Shown here piece by piece: positions 9,526-18,007 of a DNA stretch of 27,218 nt. Within the stretch, counting starts at the first letter, position 1, and the number at the start of each line of letters is the position of its first letter. Origin of the DNA: Planctomycetota bacterium (lineage in GTDB: Bacteria > JAJVIF01 > JAPKYR01); assembly GCA_030673355.1 (NCBI GenBank), contig DAOVJF010000001.1:1-27218 (forward strand). The letters run 5' to 3'. Under the pieces are notes generated by a model. The model saw nothing but the letters and a program-made list of their open reading frames with translations. It ran no database searches and was not told the origin of the DNA. The position numbers and the translations under genes are program-made.

Positions 9526-12369
9526 TCACCAACTGCCATCGGACAGGAATTTCGTTAGAAATGATCCCCAACCGCTACTGCTGTGTATTTCTATTCCGGG
9601 TCCCGGATCGAAATCAACTTCGCCCATGAAAAATCCACAGGCGTATACGCTCGTTGTTCCATATGTCGCAACACCCCAGCTTTCGCAAAAATTATCTGAC
9701 GAAGGAGTACTGCTACCCCAATTGTTCCCCCAAAGATAACCGCCGTCAGGGTCAAGTTTTACAAGGATCCCATCGCGGTAGCCGTTTGGAGATCGATAAT
9801 CCGTATCAGGCCCCGGATCCAGATCAACTGATTCCGCTATTTCACCACCCATATATATGTTGCCCTCACTGTCTGCAGCAACAGAATAACACATCATTTG
9901 TATCAAACCAGAACATGGCCAGATATCAGCCCAAAGGAAATTACCACTGGAATCGAATTTACTTAAAAAACCGGCATCACCCTCGAAGAGCTGGACCTCA
10001 GGTCCCGGGTCAAGATCTTTCGTTCCCTCAAAGAAGCCGGTTACCAGCACGTAATCGGAAGGATCGACATATACGTAACTTCCCCCCCACATCTGGGCGG
10101 TACCCGGAAAATCACTGTATCCAACCGCCTCCCAGGTATTTACCCACTCGAAGTCACCCGCGGGACTAAATTTAAGAAGGTAAACATCACCCCATAATCC
10201 GTACGATGCAAATTCGACGACACCGACACCCGGATCGAAATCGACGGTGCCCAAAAAACCGCCAACCACATAAACGTCATTACTGCTGTCCGCAGCAACA
10301 CCGAATGCAATATCACCGGTATCTTCCGCTGTATTTACGTCCCCCCACGTATGAGCCCACTGGTGATCGCCATCGGAATTGAATTTCGTGATATACGCGT
10401 CGAATCCACCGGCTTCATATCCGCTTGAAGTATGTTCATCGACTCCGGTTCCCGGATCAAAATCGCATAGACCACGGAATAAGCCAACCGCGTATATATC
10501 ATCAAATTCATCAATCGCGACTCCGTGCCCTTTCTCCCACCAGTATGATCCACTGTTTAATTCGCCACCCCAGGTCCTCGCCCACTGGAATTCACCATCC
10601 TGGCTGTACTTGACGAGATAGATATCTGTACCACCATTTAATATATGAATATCCTCACCAGGTCCGGGATCGAAATCACCTTCTCCAGAATAAAATCCTA
10701 CAACATATACATTACTCGCATTGTCAATCGCGATTCCATCACCAACAGCCAAATTTGGACCTTCCGGCCAATTTACCGACCAGATAAGATCTCCATTAGT
10801 ATTAAGTTTCCTGAGAACTGACCCGCTGTTAACATCTTCACCCCATCCTGTCACATATACATTCCCATCGATGTCTGTAACAACTTCGGTATTCCAGATA
10901 GTCCAGGTCCGGACCCATCCCTCCTCTGTCGAAGCGAGGATTTCGATTTCAATTGGTTCATCCAGTAAATCCCATGAGCCTTCGTTATCCGTAACCCTGA
11001 GCTGTACCTGATAAATCCCGGGCGTGTCCCATGAGTGGTTGGTGACCGCTGGTCCCTCGATAAAATTCTCATCGCCATTCCAGTCCCATTCGTACATAAC
11101 AATCGACTCACCATCCTCATCGTTGTCATGGGAACCTGATGCATCGAAACCAATCAATTCGTCAACACCGGCTGAATACATATTTGCTTCCGCTACTGCA
11201 GTCGGAAGTTCATCGATAAACTCAGCCACTTCGATCATTATCATCTGGTAAGCCGTCAGGTCGAGCCATGGTTTGTTTACCGGATCATTTTCGATATCTT
11301 CCGCAATAATCAGCAGCGGATATTCGCCAGCTTCAGCGCCTTTTTCGTTTGGGATTGTCACTTCCCACTGGCTGGACCCAACATTAGTAACCATGAGTAC
11401 TGAATCTTTAAAGCCGGAGAATAAACCCGGCGACTCCACACTCACCGCTGACAAAACCGGGGGGCCTTGCCAGTCATAGATATCAATATTCATTAACGTT
11501 TCACCACTCGCGCCAATCGAATCAGCATAAGCCTCGATCTTCCAGGGTTCCGGACTGTTGGCATCGGGACCGAAATCCGTCATAGGATTCCAAACGGGAT
11601 CAACGAGGGGCATCGCCCAGTTTGCATCGACAGCGTATCCGATCACCAGGGGACCGGGAGGAAGCTTGAGCTGGTATGTTTTTGTATCGGCTGCGGCTGC
11701 ATACAGGGCGTTACGGGTGTTCTTAGGATCATCCGACCAGTGCCGTATGTAACCATTCAGTGTTCCATTCGGTGGAGTGACAGAAGTAATTTTGCCTTTG
11801 ATATATCCCTGAAATTCCGGTGCGGATCCAAGGGTGGTTATATTGTATAGCGATGTATACCCATCGGCATTCAGTAGAGCGCCATTCCCGAGTGTAGGAT
11901 CCGATGTAATCAGGCCTGATTCAGGAAACTCAAGGCTGGCATCGAACATCATGATGCCCCGGACATCGAAGATTGTGAAATTGGGACTCGTGAGAGGATG
12001 GGTGATTTGAATATCGACAGCCAGAACATCCGGCTCCGGGACTGAAAAACCGACTATTTTGAAACAATCGAAACATGGCGACTGCTCAAGAAACTTCAGG
12101 ATATTCAGGTGCATGGCTGTGTAGCGCAAAGGTGAAATTTCAAAAGTGATATCGTCCGGATCCGTTGGGTCGATGTAAATCGATGCATAGATCAATGGGA
12201 TATGGCCATTCGTTTGAGTTTCGTGCGATTGGTCATCCTGTTGAAGTAAAATCAAACTACCCGATTCCGTTACTAACGGGGGTGCGGACGGTCCTCCCCC
12301 ACCTGCGCATCCGCAGATGAATATCGCTGCAGGAAGCAGGTATAAACCGATTCTGCTTAAAGGGATCAT
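9526..12369 (-). CDS. Lipoprotein: shared N-terminal module, one PKD domain, SBBP-type beta-propeller
   Basis: 947 aa; FICG-C lipobox; GGAGG upstream; collinear with the 1242-aa protein except for PKD copy number. Confidence 0.9.
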   Translation of the reverse strand: MIPLSRIGLYLLPAAIFICGCAGGGGPSAPPLVTESGSLILLQQDDQSHETQTNGHIPLIYASIYIDPTDPDDITFEISPLRYTAMHLNILKFLEQSPCFDCFKIVGFSVPEPDVLAVDIQITHPLTSPNFTIFDVRGIMMFDASLEFPESGLITSDPTLGNGALLNADGYTSLYNITTLGSAPEFQGYIKGKITSVTPPNGTLNGYIRHWSDDPKNTRNALYAAAADTKTYQLKLPPGPLVIGYAVDANWAMPLVDPVWNPMTDFGPDANSPEPWKIEAYADSIGASGETLMNIDIYDWQGPPVLSAVSVESPGLFSGFKDSVLMVTNVGSSQWEVTIPNEKGAEAGEYPLLIIAEDIENDPVNKPWLDLTAYQMIMIEVAEFIDELPTAVAEANMYSAGVDELIGFDASGSHDNDEDGESIVMYEWDWNGDENFIEGPAVTNHSWDTPGIYQVQLRVTDNEGSWDLLDEPIEIEILASTEEGWVRTWTIWNTEVVTDIDGNVYVTGWGEDVNSGSVLRKLNTNGDLIWSVNWPEGPNLAVGDGIAIDNASNVYVVGFYSGEGDFDPGPGEDIHILNGGTDIYLVKYSQDGEFQWARTWGGELNSGSYWWEKGHGVAIDEFDDIYAVGLFRGLCDFDPGTGVDEHTSSGYEAGGFDAYITKFNSDGDHQWAHTWGDVNTAEDTGDIAFGVAADSSNDVYVVGGFLGTVDFDPGVGVVEFASYGLWGDVYLLKFSPAGDFEWVNTWEAVGYSDFPGTAQMWGGSYVYVDPSDYVLVTGFFEGTKDLDPGPEVQLFEGDAGFLSKFDSSGNFLWADIWPCSGLIQMMCYSVAADSEGNIYMGGEIAESVDLDPGPDTDYRSPNGYRDGILVKLDPDGGYLWGNNWGSSTPSSDNFCESWGVATYGTTSVYACGFFMGEVDFDPGPGIEIHSSSGWGSFLTKFLSDGSW

Positions 12370-12416
12370 TATTATACCTCCATTTATGGGTGAACAATTT
12401 GCTGTTACCAGTTCAA

Positions 12417-12444
12417 ATTATACACTATAAAAATATAACATCAA
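12417..12444 (-). promoter_or_regulatory. Sigma70-type promoter for the 947/1242/479-aa lipoprotein run
   Basis: TTGATG-N16-TATAAT on the minus strand, about 50 nt upstream of ATG 12369. Confidence 0.55.
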
Positions 12445-12468
12445 ATAAAACGAGGTGTCACTTTGTCC

Positions 12469-13464
12469 CTATTTCTTCACAGCTGTAATTGAATCAAGCC
12501 AGCCGATCATTTTCTTCTCAGTTTCCTTATCCTTGGAATACCGACGCACGAGGTTGTAGTAACGATTCTTGTAAACAGGCTGAAGGTCCTCCGGGAGGAC
12601 ACCGAGCAACCAGGAAAGCCCGTGTTCAAAAATGCCCAGGGAAGCCGGAATGTCGTCCTCTCGAGCATACTGTTCCGTCATGAAAATGTAATAAGCCTTG
12701 AATTCCTCGGTGAATCCGCCCGCATCAAATGTCGCTTCGTTTTTGATCCAATGTTCGAGGGGAGGAACGGAGTCCTTATCGATCTCAACCGATTCCTTAA
12801 CAGAAAGCCTTTGGACCTTGTAGAAACTCGGGAACCCGTGTATTTCCTCATCCTTTGTCAGGACAAAACGGCCATCGGCGTGACCCGCCGCCATTGCATG
12901 GATGAAATCATCATCGATGTCATATGCTCCGCCCTTAGACAGAAGTTCAGTCAGGACCAGGTAGAACAGCTTCCAGTTCCTGAGATGTGCTCCACCGCCG
13001 GGATCGCGGTACACAAGGTAACCCTCATCGGTTTCACCCGGCTCGCCTCCCCCGACTTCCGCAACTTCAAGTTTCACAGGACCTGGGATTTCATCGATCC
13101 TCTTTCTCAGGATCATTATCGGGCCATGGCCAGTGAGGTAAAAACTTCCGGTACCCATGAGACGGCAGATCCCAACCGCAGCCCAGAGCCTGGCGTAATA
13201 TTCAGTCCATTCGGCCCAGACCGGGAAATCACCCTTCTTTAAATAAACCGCGGCAAGATATTCTTTCAGGCTCTTCAGGAGATAGGAATCGGTCTCAAAA
13301 ATGAAGGAACCATCGAGCCATTTTGATCGATAGAACCCCAGCCCGATCCTTAACTGGTCGCGCGATGTGTTTCTCAGGTTTTCGTCAAGAAAATAATAAA
13401 CGTAACCCATCTGAGGTTTGATGCCGTCATAATAATTAATGAGATAATCTTGAAGTGGAATCAT
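12469..13464 (-). CDS. Hypothetical protein, no recognisable domain
   Basis: 331-aa ORF filling the gap; AGGTG upstream; no signal peptide. The overlapping + strand 206-aa ORF looks like a shadow. Confidence 0.75.
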   Translation of the reverse strand: MIPLQDYLINYYDGIKPQMGYVYYFLDENLRNTSRDQLRIGLGFYRSKWLDGSFIFETDSYLLKSLKEYLAAVYLKKGDFPVWAEWTEYYARLWAAVGICRLMGTGSFYLTGHGPIMILRKRIDEIPGPVKLEVAEVGGGEPGETDEGYLVYRDPGGGAHLRNWKLFYLVLTELLSKGGAYDIDDDFIHAMAAGHADGRFVLTKDEEIHGFPSFYKVQRLSVKESVEIDKDSVPPLEHWIKNEATFDAGGFTEEFKAYYIFMTEQYAREDDIPASLGIFEHGLSWLLGVLPEDLQPVYKNRYYNLVRRYSKDKETEKKMIGWLDSITAVKK

Positions 13465-13618
13465 ACTTACACCTGGTAATTGTTAGACTTCCCAAACGGA
13501 TTGCTGGGAAGGTAATCGTACCATTGCAGGACAAGCCGGGCAATAAGGCGGGTTATGTTTGGACTCGATTAATGAAGATATCAACCCGATTCTTAAAGCC
13601 CACATTAATTACCATTGC

Positions 13619-13644
13619 AAAAAAACCCACCATGATCGATGGGG
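13619..13644 (-). terminator. Possible weak intrinsic terminator after the 114-aa ORF
   Basis: Minus strand CCC-CAT-cgatc-ATG-gt-GGG followed by T7. Confidence 0.35.
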
Positions 13645-13683
13645 ATTTCATAAAAATCAGACTATTATAACAGGTTGAAATTA

Positions 13684-14028
13684 TTACCAGATCCAACTTA
13701 CGTATTTTATTCCTTCAGGCGTCACGCGGTAATTACCGATGTCCGGATCGACCTTGTAAGGGTTGGACCTTATAAGCTCGAAGCAATCGATTTCACCGGA
13801 TATCGAATTAACTTTAGCACGGTAAACACATCCGTTGGCGCATGTAAACCCGGAAATCTCCTCCTTGTTGTATCTTGGTTTTACGCTACGGCAACTGCAG
13901 CCCGGGGTTGGGCACTTATGGATAAGAAACATATCCCCCTTTCGGTTTCCTGCCCTTGAACCGGACTTCTGGGTCGCCCGGGATTTATCATGTGATTGGT
14001 TATACATCGCGAAGATCGTCCTTTCCAT
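13684..14028 (-). CDS. Small 4-Cys (putative zinc-ribbon) protein, paralogue A
   Basis: KCPTPGC...FTCANGC; aligns with 14351..14680 through to the C-terminus. Start uncertain (alternative ATGs at 14007 and 13932). Confidence 0.75.
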   Translation of the reverse strand: MERTIFAMYNQSHDKSRATQKSGSRAGNRKGDMFLIHKCPTPGCSCRSVKPRYNKEEISGFTCANGCVYRAKVNSISGEIDCFELIRSNPYKVDPDIGNYRVTPEGIKYVSWIW

Positions 14029-14350
14029 AAGAACAGGGAGTTTTTATAAGTCAAGTATCATCCCTTAGTGTTTCCGTCTGTTTGATTTAGTAATCTCGCA
14101 TATCAGGCCTATGCTCCAATCGGCCTTTGTCTCCCACGATATATTTATATTAATAATTTACATTCAAGTTTGTATTTTTGAAACCACCAGATTGAGGCTA
14201 AATTCTGGGTACCAGTTTCGTCCTTTATTCTTCATAATTTCCGGATATAAATTTTGATTCGTTAATCCGGACCTCTTTGTCTCGGCCCCAAAAATTCTGC
14301 CTGGTTTGTATGGACAGGTTTCATGAGAACGTTGATCGATTTCGACCGGA

Positions 14351-14680
14351 TCAATACCAGTCTACATACTTCTCTCCGACCGGGTTGAACTTCAAACCCC
14401 GTATGTAATCAGGGTCGGTAAAATGGGATTCATTAAATGAATCAAGCTGGTAATAAATTATTTCCTGTGTAAACGCGTTACGATGCACAGAGAGCATACA
14501 ACCTTTATCGCATGAAAATCGGACAAGATAACCCTCTTCATAGGTTGTGTCAAACTTCCTGCCGCCGCAATTCGGTGTGGGGCATTTAGTCAAAGCAAAT
14601 GGTTCAGGATTATCCGGGCTTGCGAGGTTGTCCGGACCTTGTTCCTGTTTCATGAATTCATCAAAACTAGGAGGTTGCAC
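14351..14680 (-). CDS. Small 4-Cys (putative zinc-ribbon) protein, paralogue B
   Basis: GTG start with AGGAGG upstream; KCPTPNC...FSCDKGC; shares DPD and P.G.KYV.W with paralogue A. Confidence 0.8.
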   Translation of the reverse strand: MQPPSFDEFMKQEQGPDNLASPDNPEPFALTKCPTPNCGGRKFDTTYEEGYLVRFSCDKGCMLSVHRNAFTQEIIYYQLDSFNESHFTDPDYIRGLKFNPVGEKYVDWY

Positions 14681-14790
14681 GGAAATAACCCTCCTTAAAA
14701 TGTAAATCTCTATTAAATTAAAACCGATCCATCCTCGTTAAGGATTTGTTAAATCACCATCCTAAATATTCACCGGTTTCCTTCGCTTAA

Positions 14791-14818
14791 ACTGTACCAC
14801 CCCTGTAATTCCAGTCAA
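14791..14818 (-). promoter_or_regulatory. Sigma70-type promoter candidate for paralogue B
   Basis: TTGACT-N16-TACAGT with TG at the extended -10 position. Confidence 0.45.
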
Positions 14819-14904
14819 GGGGAAAAGGTAAAAAAAAATCAAGTATAAGTTAGTGTTTACTTATTTTGAGATGAATTTTCTAACCAGTATCTATGATCCA
14901 GCTT

Positions 14905-16935
14905 TCACCAGCCCCAGCCCCAGGAGGGGGATTGATCGTATGTATCATCATCGGTTACCTGTAAAAGTTCATCGGTCTGCCAGAAATATATAAAAAGCTC
15001 CGTATCGGATATATTTTCCGGTTGGGCTGAATAAACGAAAGACAATCCATCCGGGGAAAATGAAGGGTGATTTTCTCCTGACCCGGTATCGTAATGAAAT
15101 ATAATCTCCTCCGTGAAAGGATTGATAATATAAAGGTCTGTTTCATAATTGGGATGGTGATCCCTGCTTGATTCATATATAAGGAGATACTCGCCATCAA
15201 CCGGGACCGGGCTCCAGGACGGGTGTACATCAATCCCGGGAGCCGCCATAATCTCGGTAAACTTACTTTCATCCATGTCGTAGAGCCATAATTCACTCGA
15301 CGGAGGGTCCACAAATTCAAGCCCAAGTGTCATGGCGATAAAGCCGCCATTCGGGCTGACTGCCGGATTCCGTATTGTGTCTGGTGCTGTCGCGATTTTA
15401 GTGCGATTCGAACCATCATATTCCATCATGTACAGGTCGGGAGTGTTACCCCATTGCTCTCCGGAAGCGGTGATAATGTGAATTCCATCCGGATGGAAAT
15501 CAGCGAAATCATCCACCTCATCGGTCGGGATTGCCCAGTTGCCGCCACCAAACTCATACACACGTACATTACTGTAACCAGGCGACGGACCGGCACAATG
15601 AAGGTGGTGAGTTCCCAGAGGGTTTATCCTTGGATCATGGAACAGGTAGCCCACACCGAAAAAATCAGTCAACTGGGTTTCTATCATTGTGTCCAGGTCG
15701 AGATGCCAGACATTGGATGCGCCCGGTTCGCCAGTTGAACTGGGGGGCCCAGGCGCGATATATACCAGATCACCCGTCATCTCAGGATTAATGGCTTCCA
15801 GTACAGGAATTGTTATCAATGTGTATGCGTGATTAATATCACCGAGCCAGAAGTCCTCTTCCTGGTCCTTAACTCTCAGTAATGCCGGGTAATCACCTAT
15901 CGGCATACCGGATTCATTTATGATTTCGAACCTGATATACAAATCGGTTGGAGTTGTTATTTCGATTTCGGATGGGATCAGTTCCCCTGTCCATAAGTCC
16001 GGGCATTCAAGGGAAGCGGATTCAACGGTTTCAGCACCCTGGTAATCATACAGGCTGAATTCAATTTCCCCTGTACTGCCCGGGATTTCAGTTATGTTTT
16101 CAACAATACTGACACTCGTGATTACAGGCTCTAAAGCATTTGCCGATACCGGGAAGTCGGTCTCGATATCATGGGGAGGATTCACAGTCGGTAACTCCCA
16201 GCTCGCGTCGATAGCATATCCGAGCCTGATCTTCCCGGGTACAAGTTTGAAATCCAGGGTTCTTGTCAGGGCTTGTGTTGTCCCAAGGTGGTTCCTCGGT
16301 TCGACGCCATAGGATATGTATGGGTTTACAGTTCCCGTAAACTCCCCTTGAAAAGCCAGCTTGCCCTTGGAATATTCCAGGATTGGAAACGGTCCGGTAC
16401 CCTCACCGAATTCAACCGTATTCCACAGCCGTGTATATCCATCTGATTCTATTATTGTAAAATCACCGCTGGCAATGTCCGGGATCATTGCGTCCATAGA
16501 TGGGAAATACAGGCTTCCATCTGTGATAATTACTACCCGCACGTCAAATACCGTATAAGCGTCCAATCCGGGGAGAGGGTGGGTGATCCGAATCGAAGCT
16601 GTCAATATTTGTTCAACCTGATCCAGCACCAGCTCCACGACCTTGAAACAATCGGTGCACGGTGCTTCCTCAAGTAATTTCCGTATGTTCAAATGTATCG
16701 AATTCGATCTCCCGGGAACTATTTCCATACTGTCATGAGAATCCGGTATGTAAGCATCCCAGTACCCGATCAGAAAATGTCCCCCGGCACCTGAAGCTGG
16801 AGAGTCCCTGATATCCGATACAGGTGTTGATAAAGGCGAACCTCCACTGTGGCCACCCGAACATCCAACGGGGATAATTAAAATCCCAATTGTGACAATT
16901 ATCGATATTATCCTTTCTGGTAAGCCGCATCGCAT
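14905..16935 (-). CDS. Lipoprotein: shared N-terminal module plus PD40/TolB-like beta-propeller
   Basis: 676 aa; IPVG-C lipobox; GGAGG upstream; PGRSNSIHLNIRKLLEEAPCTDC; PD40 units (RNPAVSPNGG, DVHPSWSP, ENHPSFSPDG). Confidence 0.88.
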   Translation of the reverse strand: MRCGLPERIISIIVTIGILIIPVGCSGGHSGGSPLSTPVSDIRDSPASGAGGHFLIGYWDAYIPDSHDSMEIVPGRSNSIHLNIRKLLEEAPCTDCFKVVELVLDQVEQILTASIRITHPLPGLDAYTVFDVRVVIITDGSLYFPSMDAMIPDIASGDFTIIESDGYTRLWNTVEFGEGTGPFPILEYSKGKLAFQGEFTGTVNPYISYGVEPRNHLGTTQALTRTLDFKLVPGKIRLGYAIDASWELPTVNPPHDIETDFPVSANALEPVITSVSIVENITEIPGSTGEIEFSLYDYQGAETVESASLECPDLWTGELIPSEIEITTPTDLYIRFEIINESGMPIGDYPALLRVKDQEEDFWLGDINHAYTLITIPVLEAINPEMTGDLVYIAPGPPSSTGEPGASNVWHLDLDTMIETQLTDFFGVGYLFHDPRINPLGTHHLHCAGPSPGYSNVRVYEFGGGNWAIPTDEVDDFADFHPDGIHIITASGEQWGNTPDLYMMEYDGSNRTKIATAPDTIRNPAVSPNGGFIAMTLGLEFVDPPSSELWLYDMDESKFTEIMAAPGIDVHPSWSPVPVDGEYLLIYESSRDHHPNYETDLYIINPFTEEIIFHYDTGSGENHPSFSPDGLSFVYSAQPENISDTELFIYFWQTDELLQVTDDDTYDQSPSWGWGW

Positions 16936-17168
16936 AGCTATTAAACCTCCATAGTGTCAAGTGTTAACCGAAAATTTCCAAACTAAATCATGATCCCCGG
17001 GGAAGAGCCGGGAAACCTGTTAATATTGTACTATATATTTCATCGTGTTACTAATAACCAGACGAAGGAAACACCGTTTGGGTTCAATAATATTGCGATT
17101 ACCGGGCGACTGAGCTAATATCTCAGGGAAGGACATCCAAATATCTGGAGAAGAGGAGATATTTAAGT

Positions 17169-17543
17169 ATGGATTTATACGACTCACCAATGGGAGAATT
17201 CGTGAAAGACATGCCCGAACCGGATAAGAGCGGCACCCCGGATGTACATGTGTTTGACCAGGCTGGCATTACCGCTGTAACCGCTGACAGGATCGAACTT
17301 AACAAGTCGGCGACATTGCTTACGGCGGGTGATGAGATCTCAATGAACGAATCCACTTCGGTGGTTACACTCGCCGATGAGGTCGAAGCAACCGGTTCTT
17401 CATTATTTCTTGTAGTTTCGAATAAAATCCAGGGCGAATACTCCGCTGTTTTCACCCCGGTAACCGCGATGATTTTCGGTGCTGCCATGGGGGTGGCGGT
17501 TTTCACGCTTAGCATGATATTCCGTCCATGGAGAAGGCGCTGA
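17169..17543 (+). CDS. Tail-anchored small protein with 15-aa beta-solenoid-like repeats, paralogue 1
   Basis: 124 aa; AGGAG upstream; repeats ADRIELNKSATLLTA/GDEISMNESTSVVTL/ADEVEATGSSLFLVV; C-terminal hydrophobic helix then RPWRRR. Confidence 0.8.
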   Translation: MDLYDSPMGEFVKDMPEPDKSGTPDVHVFDQAGITAVTADRIELNKSATLLTAGDEISMNESTSVVTLADEVEATGSSLFLVVSNKIQGEYSAVFTPVTAMIFGAAMGVAVFTLSMIFRPWRRR

Positions 17544-17632
17544 GGATCAGACTGGTATTCGATATAATAAAGATATTGAATTTTTAATACCGGGATCATT
17601 ATTAAATTTTTACACTCTGGAGAATTTAAACC

Positions 17633-18007
17633 ATGACAGATAATCAGGATACATCAGAGGTGTTCTATGAACCCCCGATCGAGACAGAAAAATCCGGATA
17701 CACCGACCTGACTGACGGCGACACGGTAAATTTGCAGCACGATGCCAAGCAGGTGATCGAGGCTAACATTGTCAGGATGCAGCAGTCGGCGGCTTTCAGT
17801 GTGCTCGCGGACGATGTCGAGATAAATGAATCGGTCGGGTTCGTGGTCAGGGCCGATGAAATCCGCATTGACAACTCGGTAACATTCATACTGGCAGCGG
17901 GAGAAGTGAAGGGGAATGTTACAACGCTTTTCACGCCGGCGACCGCAATGATCCTGGGCGGGGCGATAATTCTGGGGATGTTACTTATCCGTCCACCGCG
18001 CCGGTGA
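17633..18007 (+). CDS. Tail-anchored small protein with 15-aa beta-solenoid-like repeats, paralogue 2
   Basis: 124 aa; GGAG upstream; repeats ANIVRMQQSAAFSVL/ADDVEINESVGFVVR/ADEIRIDNSVTFILA; C-terminal hydrophobic helix then RPPRR. Confidence 0.8.
   Translation: MTDNQDTSEVFYEPPIETEKSGYTDLTDGDTVNLQHDAKQVIEANIVRMQQSAAFSVLADDVEINESVGFVVRADEIRIDNSVTFILAAGEVKGNVTTLFTPATAMILGGAIILGMLLIRPPRR

Noticed and set aside
5767-12369. Diversity-generating retroelement template/variable repeat pair
   Set aside because: The paralogous 3' ends differ at all base types rather than only adenines, and no reverse transcriptase is present.
4276-13242. Long + strand ORFs (252, 246, 286 and 206 aa and others)
   Set aside because: Antisense shadows of well-supported minus-strand genes, with no motifs or RBS support.
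5756-13558. Identical 12-mer GGCGGGTTATGT in two intergenic regions (5756 and 13547)
   Set aside because: One 12-bp match among a few kb of intergenic DNA is compatible with chance.
121-14028. Seven consecutive minus-strand genes all lie in the same reading frame (all six spacers are multiples of 3)
   Set aside because: Noticed post hoc. The spacers I translated outside the lipoprotein triple (after 13684, 12469 and 4300) contain in-frame TAA stops, so no continuous frame exists. Only the open triple is kept as a finding.
14164-14235. Minus-strand 23-aa ORF MKNKGRNWYPEFSLNLVVSKIQT, faintly like an IS3 OrfA N-terminus
   Set aside because: Too short, no SD, no continuation of the HTH in any frame, and no terminal inverted repeats.
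5767-16935. TGA recoding (code 4 or 25), suggested by repeated TGG-TGA gene ends
   Set aside because: Long ORFs up to 1242 aa contain no internal TGA, and recognisable genes such as fliA end properly at TGA.
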